The translations under genes and the position numbers were made by a program. Below are positions 27,691 to 40,495 of a stretch of 64,000 nucleotides of DNA, piece by piece. Position 1 is the stretch's first letter. Each line of letters starts with the position of its first letter. Source of the DNA: Callorhinchus milii (lineage: Eukaryota); NCBI RefSeq assembly GCF_018977255.1, contig NW_024704743.1, positions 111,602,001 to 111,666,000 of the forward strand, in the 5' to 3' direction. The notes under the pieces are model-generated. The model made no database searches. It was given only the letters and a program-made list of their open reading frames with translations, and was not told the origin of the DNA.

Positions 27691-28769
27691 TAAAGTGGCA
27701 GGTTTATTTCACTATTTTGGCTCAATATTCTTAAGTAACCATTGTTATTCTTTGAAGATACACAGTTTGAAATCAGCTGAAAAGAGGAGAAGGGTTTGAA
27801 AAAAGAAGGGTTTAAGGCACCAACAAATATGTTAATGTGCTGCATTTTTTTTAAAAACAAAGTTGGCATCATTTGACTTTTTGCAGCTGCTGCATCCTAG
27901 CTTTGTTTTGAGGCCAGTTTACAGTTTGGAGTCCGGAAAACACTGCAGTGAGACCCAGGGAAGCAGCAAAGCACTAAAAGAAAGCAGTAAACAATAACGA
28001 CTCCAAAGCTGGTAAGCTCTAATGATGTGCAACAAACACAACACAGCTCCAAGCAATTCCATAAAGTCTATTCTGACCCCAGCGTGAAAAAAGGCGTAAA
28101 GCATGTTGTGACTCGATTTGCGTGGATCTGATCACCTCAGACAGTCTGCGTGATATTTTTGGTCAAGCTTGCTAGTGCTCCAGATGTGGCACTGCCAAGC
28201 GCGCCTCACAGGCAGCTAATCAGATGCCAGCATAAACACACTGATTCGGAATCTGATTGACAGGGAAATCGGCAATAATTCCTGCAGCCGGCAATTACAT
28301 TTGAAATCCAGCTGTGCAGAACGAGAAGCCTGCAGCTAAAGTCCAGGTCTGCCTGCAAATTATCTCCTGATGGCTGGATGCAGCAGGCTTCTCCTGCGAG
28401 CTGGGAGGACCTGCTTGAGGGTGCAGCTGAGGTTACCCAGAGGACCAACGTTGTCTGTAAGCACAGAGTACATTTAGTGTGGGGTGAGCTAGTCAGTATA
28501 GCTTCACAATCTATGGAAAGCAATAAAAAAGCCGGTTGCATGAACTGAGCACCTTCAGTTGTATGACACTATATAGTTTCTCAGAAAGTGGTGTCCTTGC
28601 CAATATTAAATTTGCAATACCACATCAGAGATGCTAAAATAAAATTGTAACATTTCTATTCAAAGACAGTATCGTTACGAATCTTCTCTTCAGGTTGGAT
28701 CACCAATTTAAGATTAATGCATGGATATCCACAATGTTTTTCCCAACTGTCAAAAAAAACGTGCTTTCA

Positions 28770-28907
28770 ATCTCCCTGCTTCCCCCCCCTGCCCTCTCCC
28801 ACCCCGACCCTCAGCTCAGGTCCGTATCTCTGTCCGTCCAGCACCTTGGGACATCCTCCCGACATGAAAGGCGATATACAAATGTAATTTTGTTGTTGTT
28901 GTTGTCT
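28770..28907 (+). mobile_element. L2 3' tail
   Basis: GGGACATCCTCCCGACATGAAAGGCGATATACAAATG then (TTG)n. Confidence 0.85.
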
Positions 28908-29035
28908 TGAGAACCTCAAACTCTATATCATAGAAGACCATTCAATCCATTGTAATCATGGCTATGTTTGCTTCTCAAAAGAAGGCATTCCAATTCTTTT
29001 TTCCTCCATAATCTCTTCATTTCACTGAGCTAAGG

Positions 29036-29421
29036 GGAGTCCTATAGCTCAGTGGTTAGAGCACTCGTCTCAGAAGCGAGAGACTTGGGTTTTATTCCTG
29101 GCAGGGGGAAATGTTGGGCAAGTTTCCTTACTCCACACGCCTCTGTTCACCTAGCAGTAAGTAGGAATCCGGCTGTTAATCGATTGATGGATCGCTTTTC
29201 TGGGGATAATAATCCCTTCAAAAAAAAAATACAAAAATATATTTTGTTACTCAATCCTTGACTGCTTTGTGGGACACTGCTGTGTGCAATTGGCTGCTGC
29301 GTTTCGCCCACAAAATATACAATCAATTCATTTTATAGTATATTCTGTGAAGTGTTTTGCGACAGCTTGAAGACTTCGTAAGGCGTCATATAAAATGCAA
29401 GGATTATTATTATTATTATTA
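29036..29421 (+). mobile_element. tRNA-derived SINE, older and longer subfamily
   Basis: Same head; extra internal segment CCTCTGTTCACCTAGCAGTAAGTAGG absent from the young copies. Confidence 0.92.
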
Positions 29422-32400
29422 TTTGCATGTGACTATATAACTCCCTTTCAAATGTTTAGATCTATTCTAATCATTCCATATTCTGATAGCCCTCTGGGTA
29501 AAAAATAACATCTTCCCCTTTCCCCTTCTGTTTTAATTCCCCCGCTTTATTATAATTTTATAAATGTATACCCTCTTTTCCTAGAATCTCCTTGTATCTC
29601 CACTCCGAGATAGAGACACAAACTATGGCATTCCCATATAAGAAGTGCTAAACTGAATAACTAGAAGTAGAAAATCACTCAAAATTCTGATTTCAATTGA
29701 AGCACAATTTCATGGAAAATACCATAAAATAATGAGAAGTATTGAAATTTAAGTAGTAAGTAATGACAAATTATGCAAAAAAGTGAGAGACAATAAAATT
29801 GCCTCTGCAAAAGAAATAAGAAATACTTGGCTTTAAAATAAGGCTCAGAATGAACAGTGGGGAAGATCTTATAATAAGTGTCAGCTGACACCAACTGCTC
29901 TCTTATTCTTCAGTCATTGTTCAGTGTGCACCTGCAATTGCAGGTGTTTCCTAACCCATTTAACCTACTTACCTTTCACAAACAAGTATTTCCCACTATG
30001 GTCACAAGATAATTATGCCAGGAACAATTGCTTATATTTTCCTGAGACCAGGTGATGGTGAGGCTTGTTGCAGGATTGTAACTGCTGTCCTGACTCGACA
30101 CAGGTCAGACCTAGACAGGCTTTCTGATGACAGGCTGTATTGATGGTGACATTATCACTATTTCAGGGATACCCTAATAAAATGCTTTTCTAGACAATTT
30201 AGGCAAGTTTAACCCTGTGGAGAGTGAGTGGGGAGTGAGAAAATTAGCTTTTTCAGTTATGGTGTATATCTCTTTTTCTCAAAATCATCAAGATAAGGGA
30301 TCCTTGTAGTATTCTAAGATTATATTCTATACTTGCATCTTCATTAAACCTTACAGCAGGCCCATAGTATCCTCAAATCTTATTTGATATTGCATGTTTT
30401 CGAATTGTCATTTGTTGAAGCTATACTATGAAAATTATGAAAAAAAGATGTGAAATTGAGACGTTGTTTTGAATGCAACCAATGACTGTCGACTTCCAGG
30501 AAGACATCTGGAGTTCTACCTTATTCAACGATAGGCTGATTCTTCAGCGATAGCATCATATTATGTAATGTATCAAGAGAAGACGGAGTCTAAGTTCATA
30601 GATTCTGTGATGAAGTGTCTGTACCTGTCTGCTGTTTTACATCTCCATTAATAAGCAATCAGATTTGTTTTGACGAAGCACCTTCCATGGCACTATATAG
30701 TAATATGCCAGTATATGAAAATAAACCCTTGTAATGTGTCAGTGAAAGTGCTCCCATTTCAGTGACATTGGAAGGAATATTAAAATGAGCTGCACTCTCC
30801 CTCCTGGCATGTCTATTTATATGATTAAGCAGTTTCACAGCCAACTTGTAGTATTGCATTTCTTGTGAAAACACAAGGGATGTAATCAGCACTTCATCCA
30901 ATTATCAGCAGGCCTAGATTATGCACCTTTAGGTTAGTGTTCCTCAAACTTCAAATGAAGTTATCCTTCACAAACCATGGTTGAAGACAGAATGTACAGT
31001 ACATGGGAAAATCTCATTAAAGGCATTTAAGACTTTTAAGCTGAAGCTTCTGCGTAAGGTTCAGCAAGGACAAGAATGAAAAATAGGTTGCATGGAGAGA
31101 TTAATTCAAACCATGAGGAATAATAAAGGTGAGCACTATATCTCTATTCTTGTCCATCATTATCCACATTCCATGGATAATCCTCCCAAAATACCTCTTC
31201 TGGAAAAATGACCTGTTTTCTTAGAGATCAAGGCAGATACTAGCATGGCTCTGCCAAATCGCAGGCTTCTCTTTGCAGTCTAACTCAAACACTAATGCTT
31301 TGTGACAATGCAAAGATTACTTCTAGCTGTCTTACAAATGTCCACTAATAGCACATGCTTAAAACTGGCCCACATAGTGAATGGGCCTTATGTGGCATGC
31401 CGCTTAACTTTGTCAGGATCAGACTGGCCAGGGAGTCAGCAAATACAAGATAAAGCTAGATAGCTACTTGCCTCTCCTTTAAGGAACTCATTCAATTATT
31501 TAAGGTTTAGAATAGGGCAACATCCTTCTGTTGTGTAGGAATCACAAAGTAATGAGCATCAATTTTTTTTTGCTTTCCACAGAAACATGCTTGATGGCTA
31601 ACAAGGACCAAAGTGGTTGAATTTTAGTGACCGGGATTGGAGCATTATATATCCCGATCGTGGTGATCTTTAGTTTCTTCCTCAAGTGCTCGGGATGTAA
31701 TACTAGCAGTGTAATACCAACAGGTTGGCTGGAGCCAAGGCTTGGGTACACCAGAATGTGTGTTGCAGTACTACTAACGTTTAACCAACTAAGAATGGAA
31801 ATACTGTAAGGTGGATGTTGTCTTAGAATCAAATTAAATGGGTTTAATTATTTATCTGTACCTTTTGTAGGATTTTGACCAACTAATTATACCCAGTGCC
31901 AAATGCTCCAAACTTGTTATGCATTGGTTAGAAAAACATTCTGCTCTTCAACCTTATCTATTTAGCCTTATTTTATCCTTTTCAATATATTCACATTTAT
32001 GATTAACACAAGCCAACAAAACTGACCATATGTTCCATATATGCACAAAAAACAGTACTTTACTTATGTTACTTATAATATTCATAAAAGGACATTGCAA
32101 TTTGTCTCCAAGATCACATTTCATCCCTGGTTTGGTTTGGTTTGTAAAGTTACTGGAGCATATTTAGCACATAATGCAGCTGTGTTTGAAAGCTTTTTGG
32201 TTTCTTAATCTATTAAGGTGCAAAATCACTTTCTCATCAAATAATTGAGGTTATTTAGCCTTATTAATACAGCAATACATCAAAAGCACAAACTGTGTTC
32301 CATTCAATTAAATAAAATGAAAAAGTAAAGACTGTTTATACATATTAAATGAAATAACTACTATAAACATTCTCCCTCTGTCGCCGCTCAAAGAATATTG

Positions 32401-32663
32401 GGCAGTTCATTTAAGTTCCATTATTTTCAAAGTGGTCTATTGCGCAAGGACCTGAGTCTGCACACAAAATGCAATCTGAAGGATAATGTAAATACAATGA
32501 ATAATACTTATGATAGCGTGTCCTATCCAAGGCCGTTTGTGTTTCCAGCACAAAATCTTAAAACGTGGCAATTGTGCATAAATGTCATTTTATAATAATG
32601 TAAAATGCCCAATACCAATAATTCATCAGAAAGGTTCTAAAAGTTAATTATTCATAGCATTAC

Positions 32664-32747
32664 CTCTTCATAACATGCAGAATATTGCTTTTGTGCCTCC
32701 ACTATTTCTTGTTCCAAAACACCCAGTTTGCTCTCTTTCTGAATAAT
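32664..32747 (-). CDS. PMFBP1: Coding exon 6 (84 nt; IIQKESKLGVLEQEIVEAQKQYSACYEE)
   Basis: TTTTATAG|ATT acceptor, GAG|GTAATG donor, phase 0-0. Confidence 0.82.
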
Positions 32748-33479
32748 CTATAAAACAAAATCGTGGATAATTCAGCAAGATTTACTTTTTTCTTTTTCAG
32801 TCTTGCATCTGAAGCACTTGAACCTGTTATAGCATGATATGCTTTGTACATGAATGTTAAAAATCAACCACTGCAGCACTAAAGACTGCATTTTTATCTT
32901 TGAATGTTTCAACTCAGCATAGATGTAAAATATGTAGGAAAAACCCTATTTATATTTAGAATGATAACATGTCTGATGTAGTGACTAATAACCCACTCTA
33001 TATGCTGAAAGCTTACCTATGGTTTCAATAACAAGTTTAGAAATGCAATTTTTCAGAATGTGAGTCAGTCGGTGTAAATGAGATATTAGTTTCAATCAGC
33101 ACACAGGGTGAATGAACCGTTCAGAAGATCCTGCAATAACTGTACCCTTAACAGCATGAAAGGCTTTTATTTCCCCATTTTCTAAACACAGAAAAATGTA
33201 TCTCTCCAATTCAGAATATTGAATGTCTTATGGAAAGTGAAAGGTCATTTGTAACTGTCCACAGGATTGATGGAGTTAAGATAGCTCCTTGACCTTCACC
33301 CTGCACTCATGAAGAATGGTCGCAGATGATGGAACAGCATGCAAGTTTTTGGAGACTGTCCTCTTCATTCTATACCACATTGTATGTTTGTTCCTTTGCA
33401 TGTTTCATAATTGTATGTCAAGATTTAATTACTTCAAGTCTTCCTTCATTAAATAGTGAACTGTCATCCAATGTTGCTA

Positions 33480-34300
33480 TGTATTGTCTGCAACGTGCAT
33501 GAATTCAACATCTGATTTCTTCTTATTTTTATATTTAACAAACATAGATGTCTTGTAACCATCCAAATAATTTTACATAATTCAGAGGGAAATCTTGGTA
33601 TATCAGAATCAAAAATAAAACTAATTGAAATCTTGTTTATTGGAGATCAGTGGATTATTATATGCATTTATAAACTATTTTCTGCTGATGAGAATTATGT
33701 ATGCTGTGAAAAAATGTAGTGACAAAGGCAATATAAACCAAAGAAATGTTTGATTTTTTTATCTTGATAAAAGTCTTGAACATGAATGGGATCATGTAAA
33801 ACTCTTGAGCATGCAACCAACACAGAACATTATACAAATAAGAAATTGAAAAACGTTCCTCAGTATTTAATAACATTTGAAAAATATTGTAAATCAAAAT
33901 TATTGCACAATCTGCAAGAAAACTGCAGATCTAAATGCATCTGTAATCCCAAGTATTTAAGAGTAAGAATTAAAGGAAATAATTTATTATCAATAGATCC
34001 GTTTATATTTAACAAACACCGATGTCTTGAAACCATCCAAATCATTGTCTGTCTTCACAGAAGACAGATAATGAAAGTTATTTTTTATTCTAAGAACAAT
34101 TTGAAGTTTATGATCATTATAATGCATGCCTATCTGATCATAAAGAAAAAAAGGAATTTGATTAAGAATACCAGGACAGAGTATTGTGATAATTCTGATG
34201 GTCTCAAAATGTTTTAACAAAAGCACAATTCGATCTCTCCTGCCCTTCAATTGATTTATTCAACAAATCATAATAAAATAACTATCCAAATCCCAGTTAA
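33480..34300 (-). mobile_element. AT-rich, heavily decayed LINE RT remnant
   Basis: Minus ORFs contain NINGS...LKYLGLQMHLDLQF and PGILNQIPFFLY, resembling CR1/L2-group KYLG and QGSILGP motifs. Confidence 0.5.
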
Positions 34301-35019
34301 ATTTGCTAACACAATCCATCTCCAACAAGGAAGCTATTTTGCATATTCACTACTCCTCTGTAAAAATAAATTTAAACTGTCTATTTACTCTCCCTCTTCT
34401 TAGGTCGGCCTTCATGCTGTCTTCTTATCCAGTTTGTGACAATGTTAAACAAAATGATAAGGGTTCTACCTACCTAATAAGGGTTTTACCTACACCTTTT
34501 AAGATCTTGAACACCTACTTCAATAAGACGTCCCATGAGTCTTCTCTTCTCCAGTGAGAACTGCCCCATCTTCAGCAGCCTCTCATCAGAACTCCGGTGC
34601 CTAATTTTACCTATCCATTTAGATGTCCTTTACTGTTCCCTCTCCAATGCTAGGACATCCCTAATATAATAGTTGCTTTAATAATGATTAATACTGGTAT
34701 CGTTTGTTACATAACATTTACCATATGAGCAATGCAAATTTTGCTTGTAAGTTAATGGAATACTGAAACAATCAATTATATTATTTTCCATATAAAAATT
34801 CACAAGTTTGTTTTTAGGTTTTTGTGAGGATGAGCCTAAAACATGATGCAAACATGCTAAAAGTCAGTTTTCATTTGTGGTTTTAATAACATAATAATAA
34901 TAATAACCCAAGATTTTTCATGTGGTTATGAAGTTGGAAGAATGTAATATGACCTTTATTTATGACCTTTCAAGCCCCAAATACTTATTTATCTTCTTTT
35001 TTATGTCATGTAAATATGA

Positions 35020-35640
35020 ATGCAGCTCGTGTACTGTCCCGCACCAGGCTTCGGGACCACATCACTCCCACCCTCGCTCGCCTCCACTGGCTCCCCATCC
35101 CCCAGAGGATTGATTTCAAGATCCTCATCCTCACCTACAAGGCCATTCACGGCCTTGCTCCCTCCTACCTCTCCAACCTATTCACGGCCTTGCTCCCTCC
35201 TACCTCTCCAACCTAATCCCCCTACCTACCTGCCCGTACCCTCCGTTCCTCTGGCTCCGGTCTGCTCCACGTCCCCCGCCCCAACCGCCCTACTATCGGT
35301 GGTCGGGCCTTCAGCCTCTCAGCCCCCAGGCTCTGGAACTCCATCCCCCAGTGCCTTCGCCTTGCTTCCTCCCTTTCCTCCTTCAAGGCCGGTCTCAAAC
35401 CCTTTCTCTTTGACCGTGCCTTCAGCTCCCCTCTCGACTCTCTTCCTCCTCCTCGCTCCCTCCCTTCCTTCCCCTCACCCTGACCATTTCCCCCCCTCTC
35501 TCTCCTCCCCCTTCCCTCCCCTCACCCTGACCATTTCCCCCCTGCTCGGGTCATGACCCAACTGTGCAGCGCCTTGGGACGTCCTCCTGACGTGAAAGGC
35601 GCTCTATAAATGGAATCTTGTTGTTGTTGTTGTTGTTGTT
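35020..35640 (+). mobile_element. Young L2 LINE 3' fragment
   Basis: AARVLSRTRLRDHITPTLARLHWLPI motif; (TTG)n tail. Confidence 0.95.
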
Positions 35641-35878
35641 GAATGAACGATACATGTGAGGGAGGGAGTTTTAGATAGCCAAAATGTTTTATTAATATGG
35701 ACATAAGATCTAATGTGCATAAACATGGTTGTTATATGTCGTGTGGATCGTTATAACTATCGAATCCTAATTTCAGAAGCCAGCTCATGTTGTGGAACTT
35801 TCTTAACTTTGTGTCCCCGCTAACACCTGATGTGCTTTTTTTATAGACACATTCTTCCTGATTCATGACATTTCTTAC

Positions 35879-36058
35879 CTCATCACCAGCTGCTTTCCTC
35901 GTATCTCTGATATTTTCACTTGCTCTGTTCAAGGCCGCCTGCTGTTTCAGAACTTGATCTTCCAGATTTTGTGCCTCATCAGTCTTTTCCACTAATCTAG
36001 TCTTCAGCATGTTTACTTCCAAGCCCAGGGAATTAACCTGTCCCTCACCACTGCTCAT
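35879..36058 (-). CDS. PMFBP1: Coding exon 5 (180 nt; MSSGEGQVNSL...RKAAGDE)
   Basis: TTTTAG|ATG acceptor, GAG|GTAAGA donor, phase 0-0. Confidence 0.85.
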
Positions 36059-36324
36059 CTAAAAGTGATAAAGCAAAAAGTGTATATTCATACTTTAGAA
36101 TTTAGTTAATCAGTTGTAAAGTACAGTAAATATTTAAGTGAGTAAATATTCTTCAAATTAAAGTTATACCTTACTGAAACATACCAACAATAAGCAAAGA
36201 CATATAGTTAGAAAATAAGTTAATCTTATTATGAGATTTCAGGCCACAGGTATTTGTAATAAAAATTCCACTTCCCTGCCATTCTGTGCACTCGTATTTG
36301 GAAAATCATTTTAAAAGCTCACTA

Positions 36325-37206
36325 CATGTTCTTGACTGGTTCAGATCATACCTCTCATATTGCCTCCACTTCATCTCCACAAACAGTTTCTCCTCTAGCC
36401 CCCACACCGTCTGGTGCGGATTTCCTCAGGGTTCTGTTCTTGGTCCCCTCCTCTTCAACATCTATATGCTCCCTCTTGGTGACATCATCAGCAGACATAG
36501 GGCCAACTTCCACGTGTATGCGGATGACACCCAACTCTATCACTCCGCCTCCACCCTTGACTCTAGGATCATTGCTGTCCTGACTGAATGTCTATCAGAC
36601 GTCAAGTCCTGGATGAGAGCTAATTTTCTTCAGTTGAACGTCAACAATCCCGAGGCTCTCCTGATTGGCTCCCATCAGCGCCTTGTCAACTCAGGCGCTG
36701 ACAGCATCGCCATTAATGGTTGGATACTCCACCTTACTAAGCCAGTTCGGAAACTTGGCATCTTGTTTTGACCCTCAACTATCCTTTCTATCCCACATCA
36801 GCACCATAACCCGCTCTGCCTTCTCCCACTTATGCAACATCGCCAAGCTCCGCCACTGTCTCACACCGCAGGCCGCCGAAACCCTCATACATGCTCATTA
36901 CATCGAGGCTTGACTATGCAAACTCATTGCTTGTCGGCCTCCCCAACTCGTCCCTCATAGGTTGCATATCATCCAGAACTCTGCAGCCTGTGTCCTCTCC
37001 CGCACCAGGCTCCGTGACCCTATCACCCCCATCCTCGCCAGACTCCACTGGCTTCCCATCACACAGAGGATACAGTTCAAGATCCTGGTCCTCACCTTCA
37101 AAGCTCCATGGTCTTGCTCCCCCCCTATCTCTGTGACCTCCTAAACCCCTTACATCCCGCACGCTCCCTCCGCTCAGCAGGCTCCGGCCTGCTTCACATC
37201 CCCTGC
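36325..37206 (+). mobile_element. L2 LINE ORF2 fragment (RT core, frameshifted, tail missing)
   Basis: [11 protein letters not shown] and YADDTQLY motifs; LHWLPI downstream. Confidence 0.95.
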
Positions 37207-37658
37207 CTTTGTTTACTAGATTTCAAACCACCAACTCCTCTTTGTATGATCTTCAAAGGAAGAATGTAGAAGACATTTCTGTGAAAAGATCCATATAAAT
37301 GTCTCCCCTTATAAGGGTAAATAACTCTGCCTGTACCGCTGGCGTAATAATAATTCTTGCATTTAATCTTCAATCAATTAATTAATTAATGTAATCTTCA
37401 GCATGGATTAAAAATATATATTCACCTTATTGTAAAAGGGACAATAAAATAAGTCAAGTATTGTAAGCATCAAATATCTGACATTGTTTCTGAAACAGAA
37501 AACAATCAGTAAATCCTGTATTTCAGATTTGAATCCTTATAAAGTCATGACACATTTAAAAACACATCTAAAATCTAATAACAGGATAATTATTACCAAT
37601 TTCACCCTCAGTACTTTTGGTGAAGGTGTGAATTATGTGAGTAAGCAATAATTCAAAC

Positions 37659-37979
37659 AATAATAATATTCCTTGCATTTGATATAGCGCTTTTCACGTC
37701 GGGAGGACGTCCCAAAGCGCTTCACAGAACACAGTGTAAAGTGAATTGACTGTATGTTTGTGGGCAAACGCGGCAGCCAATTGCACACAGCAATGTCCCA
37801 CAAACAGTTGTAGATTGAAAATGACTAATTTATTATTGTTTTTTGGGGGTTTTTTTGGAGGGATTATTATTAGGCTCTGTGTGGAAACTTGCCCAAGGTT
37901 TCGCCCTGACCTGCCTGGAATTGAACTCAGGTCTCTTACTTGCAAAGCGAGTGCTCTAACCACTGAGCTACAGGACTCC
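37659..37979 (-). mobile_element. Young tRNA-Ala-headed SINE, full length
   Basis: Near-identical to the 24991 copy. Confidence 0.95.
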
Positions 37980-38836
37980 ACAAATGATACCAACTAAAGA
38001 CATCTAAAGTGCAGCATAGTTAAATGGCTTTTTATTGTCCAAAGTTTTGACTGAATACAGTTACCTATTTTTAATATTCCTGTATAAATTAAACCTCAGG
38101 TTCAAATAACCTCCTGTTACAATACTATACAGGGGTAATGTTTGAAATCTGGATCCTGGGAATTAATTCATTGATCAAAATTATGGAAATAGAAAGTTCA
38201 TTTCTCCAGAAAGATTTCAACCTATATCTACCACCAAAGTAAAATACAACCAAAAACCACTGACAACACAAATGATTCCATATGATAAACAGTTGGGGAA
38301 AAATATCAGATGCTTTATAGTGTTATAAAGGCACAGTCGGTGAATCCATAGCAGAATTCAGCAGCATTTCTTAGCTGTGTGTAGCCAGGTTAAAGATGAA
38401 ATTACATCAAATGAAACACTGATACAGTTTAGGTAAGAACTGTAGATAGAAGCAAGTACCACCATGTCCTTGTTCTGCAATGTCAGGTATCTGGCATTAT
38501 CACGTCGCTTGCTCTCTCAGAAAGCTGAAGCCCTCCCTATTGTACAGATGCTTAGCCCTTGAGATGAAGGCACCCTCAGACAAGATAAGACTGATACTTT
38601 TCATTCTAAAAGGCCTTTTCATTCTAAAAAATTCTGTTTAAGCAGCCACTTAAAAGAAATTCCTCAAATGGCCTACAGGCTTTGATTGTGCAGCTTGAAA
38701 ACTCTCCAGTTGTTTCCAAAGAAACTGGAATTTGAGAAAGATTCACATCTCAACAACTACATCTGTAATTCAAGTTTCTAAACCTCAACAAAGGGCCAAG
38801 ACTTATTGAAATATAGGTCCTTCTGAAATATCACAC

Positions 38837-39004
38837 CTTGAACATCACTTCCTTCAATTTCTGCTTCAACGCATCATGCTCTTGCTGCAGCTCTTTAATG
38901 AGCTGTTCCTTGAGGACCATGGTCTTTCTGTCCAATTCACGTGCAGAACGTAAACCAGATAATTCTGATTGCAAGTGTTTAATGGCTTCTTCCTGCTGAG
39001 CTGC
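38837..39004 (-). CDS. PMFBP1: Coding exon 4 (168 nt; AAQQEEAIKHLQSEL...LKEVMFK)
   Basis: CAACAG|GCA acceptor, AAG|GTGTGA donor, open frame read manually, phase 0-0. Confidence 0.82.
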
Positions 39005-39159
39005 CTGTTGACAGAATATTAACTTGCATCAGAAAGGGTATCTGCAAACTAACACTGATCTCAAATCCATAAAGTATCAACTTAGCAGAAAGTTAACTTG
39101 AGTTATAACATAACTGTATATATCAAACCATTCATTGTATGCATATCATTATAATCATT

Positions 39160-39400
39160 GCCTTTGGTATAGCGCATTATCATGCATCAAGATGTCTTAA
39201 AGTGTAATGACTGTATTTTTGCAGTTAGTGCGGCAGCCATTTTGTCTAAAGCAACATACCACATGGAGCCTTGAAGTGAATAACCAACTGTATATGGGGG
39301 ATTGTGGGCCAGGAAACCAGGATAAAATCCCTTTTCTTTTTGAATAGTGCAATAGAATCTTTAATGAACACCCAAACAAGCAGACAAAACCTCAATTTGA
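39160..39400 (-). mobile_element. DeuSINE fragment
   Basis: Reverse complement contains TTAAAGATTCTATTGCACTATTCAAAAAG...CCTGGTTTCCTGGCCCA. Confidence 0.65.
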
Positions 39401-40348
39401 CTATATAAATAACATGCATTTACATTAGCTTCAAATAAACAGAGTCACATAAGTAAATAAAGATTACGATTATTGTAGAAGCATGCACGGTTTAGGTATG
39501 TTAAGGTAATCCTTCTAAAGTTAGTCAGATATCTCTATAGTTTGAAGTATCATGGCTGCTCAAGCAACTCAGCTGTTTTGGTGTCATTCTCTTTTTGATT
39601 TTCATTCAAAAAAAATCACAGTATCACATGGGAGTAACATGTTTCATTTTAAGGGAAGGATACATTTATCTTAAACTGGGATGCCAATGGAACCAAGCTA
39701 AAGGAGTTCAACAAAGATTGCTTGTCAAACTAGCCTAGCCTTTGGGCACATGTAATGATACAGTACGCGGTTTGAATAAGTAGAAATATGTGGTAAGAGA
39801 ATTAAATCTTTTCTTAACCAAAGACTTTAATATTGTGACAAAGATTTGTTTAACAACAATTCTTTTTAATAATGTCCAGCTGCTAATTATTGATTTTGGT
39901 AACTCAACTGAAGCATCAATGCTACGAGGCATAACTATTTCAGAGATTCAGAAATAGATGCATCTGCCTAGAACTCAAAGGAATAATATATACAGAAGAT
40001 CAGATTTCTTTGGGCATTGTTTTGTAAACAGAAGGTAATTTTAAAAAAAACAATAATGGGATGGATTGCAACATGTACAAAAGTTTCCTTTAATAATTTT
40101 AGTACCCTCTCATAAGGTTGACAATGTTATCGGCAATATAATTATAAAACTGTACAATATATAGTTTGGGACAGAACATGCCAAGCGACTGCCACAATGG
40201 TGGAAAGCAAACTGGATGGACCTTGGGCCTCTTTCACCTAGCAAATTCTTATTTTCTTAAAATGCAATAACTCTGATGTGACTTGCTTGCACTTCATAGT
40301 TTCTGGATGTGAAAATAATTTTGATATAATTATAAAATATAATTTTAC

Positions 40349-40495
40349 CCTAGCAACAATTTCCCTTTCTGCAATTCTTACAGTTTCAAGTTGCTGCTCC
40401 AGGGAATAAATCATCTCCTCTTGATTTTCAACTTTACTCACTCCAGCCAAATATTTCTGATGCAATTGATCGAGTAATTTTTCTTGATGTTGCAC
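40349..40495 (-). CDS. PMFBP1: Coding exon 3 (147 nt; VQHQEKLLDQLHQK...EREIVAR)
   Basis: TTTAG|GTG acceptor, AGG|GTAAAA donor, phase 0-0. Confidence 0.82.
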
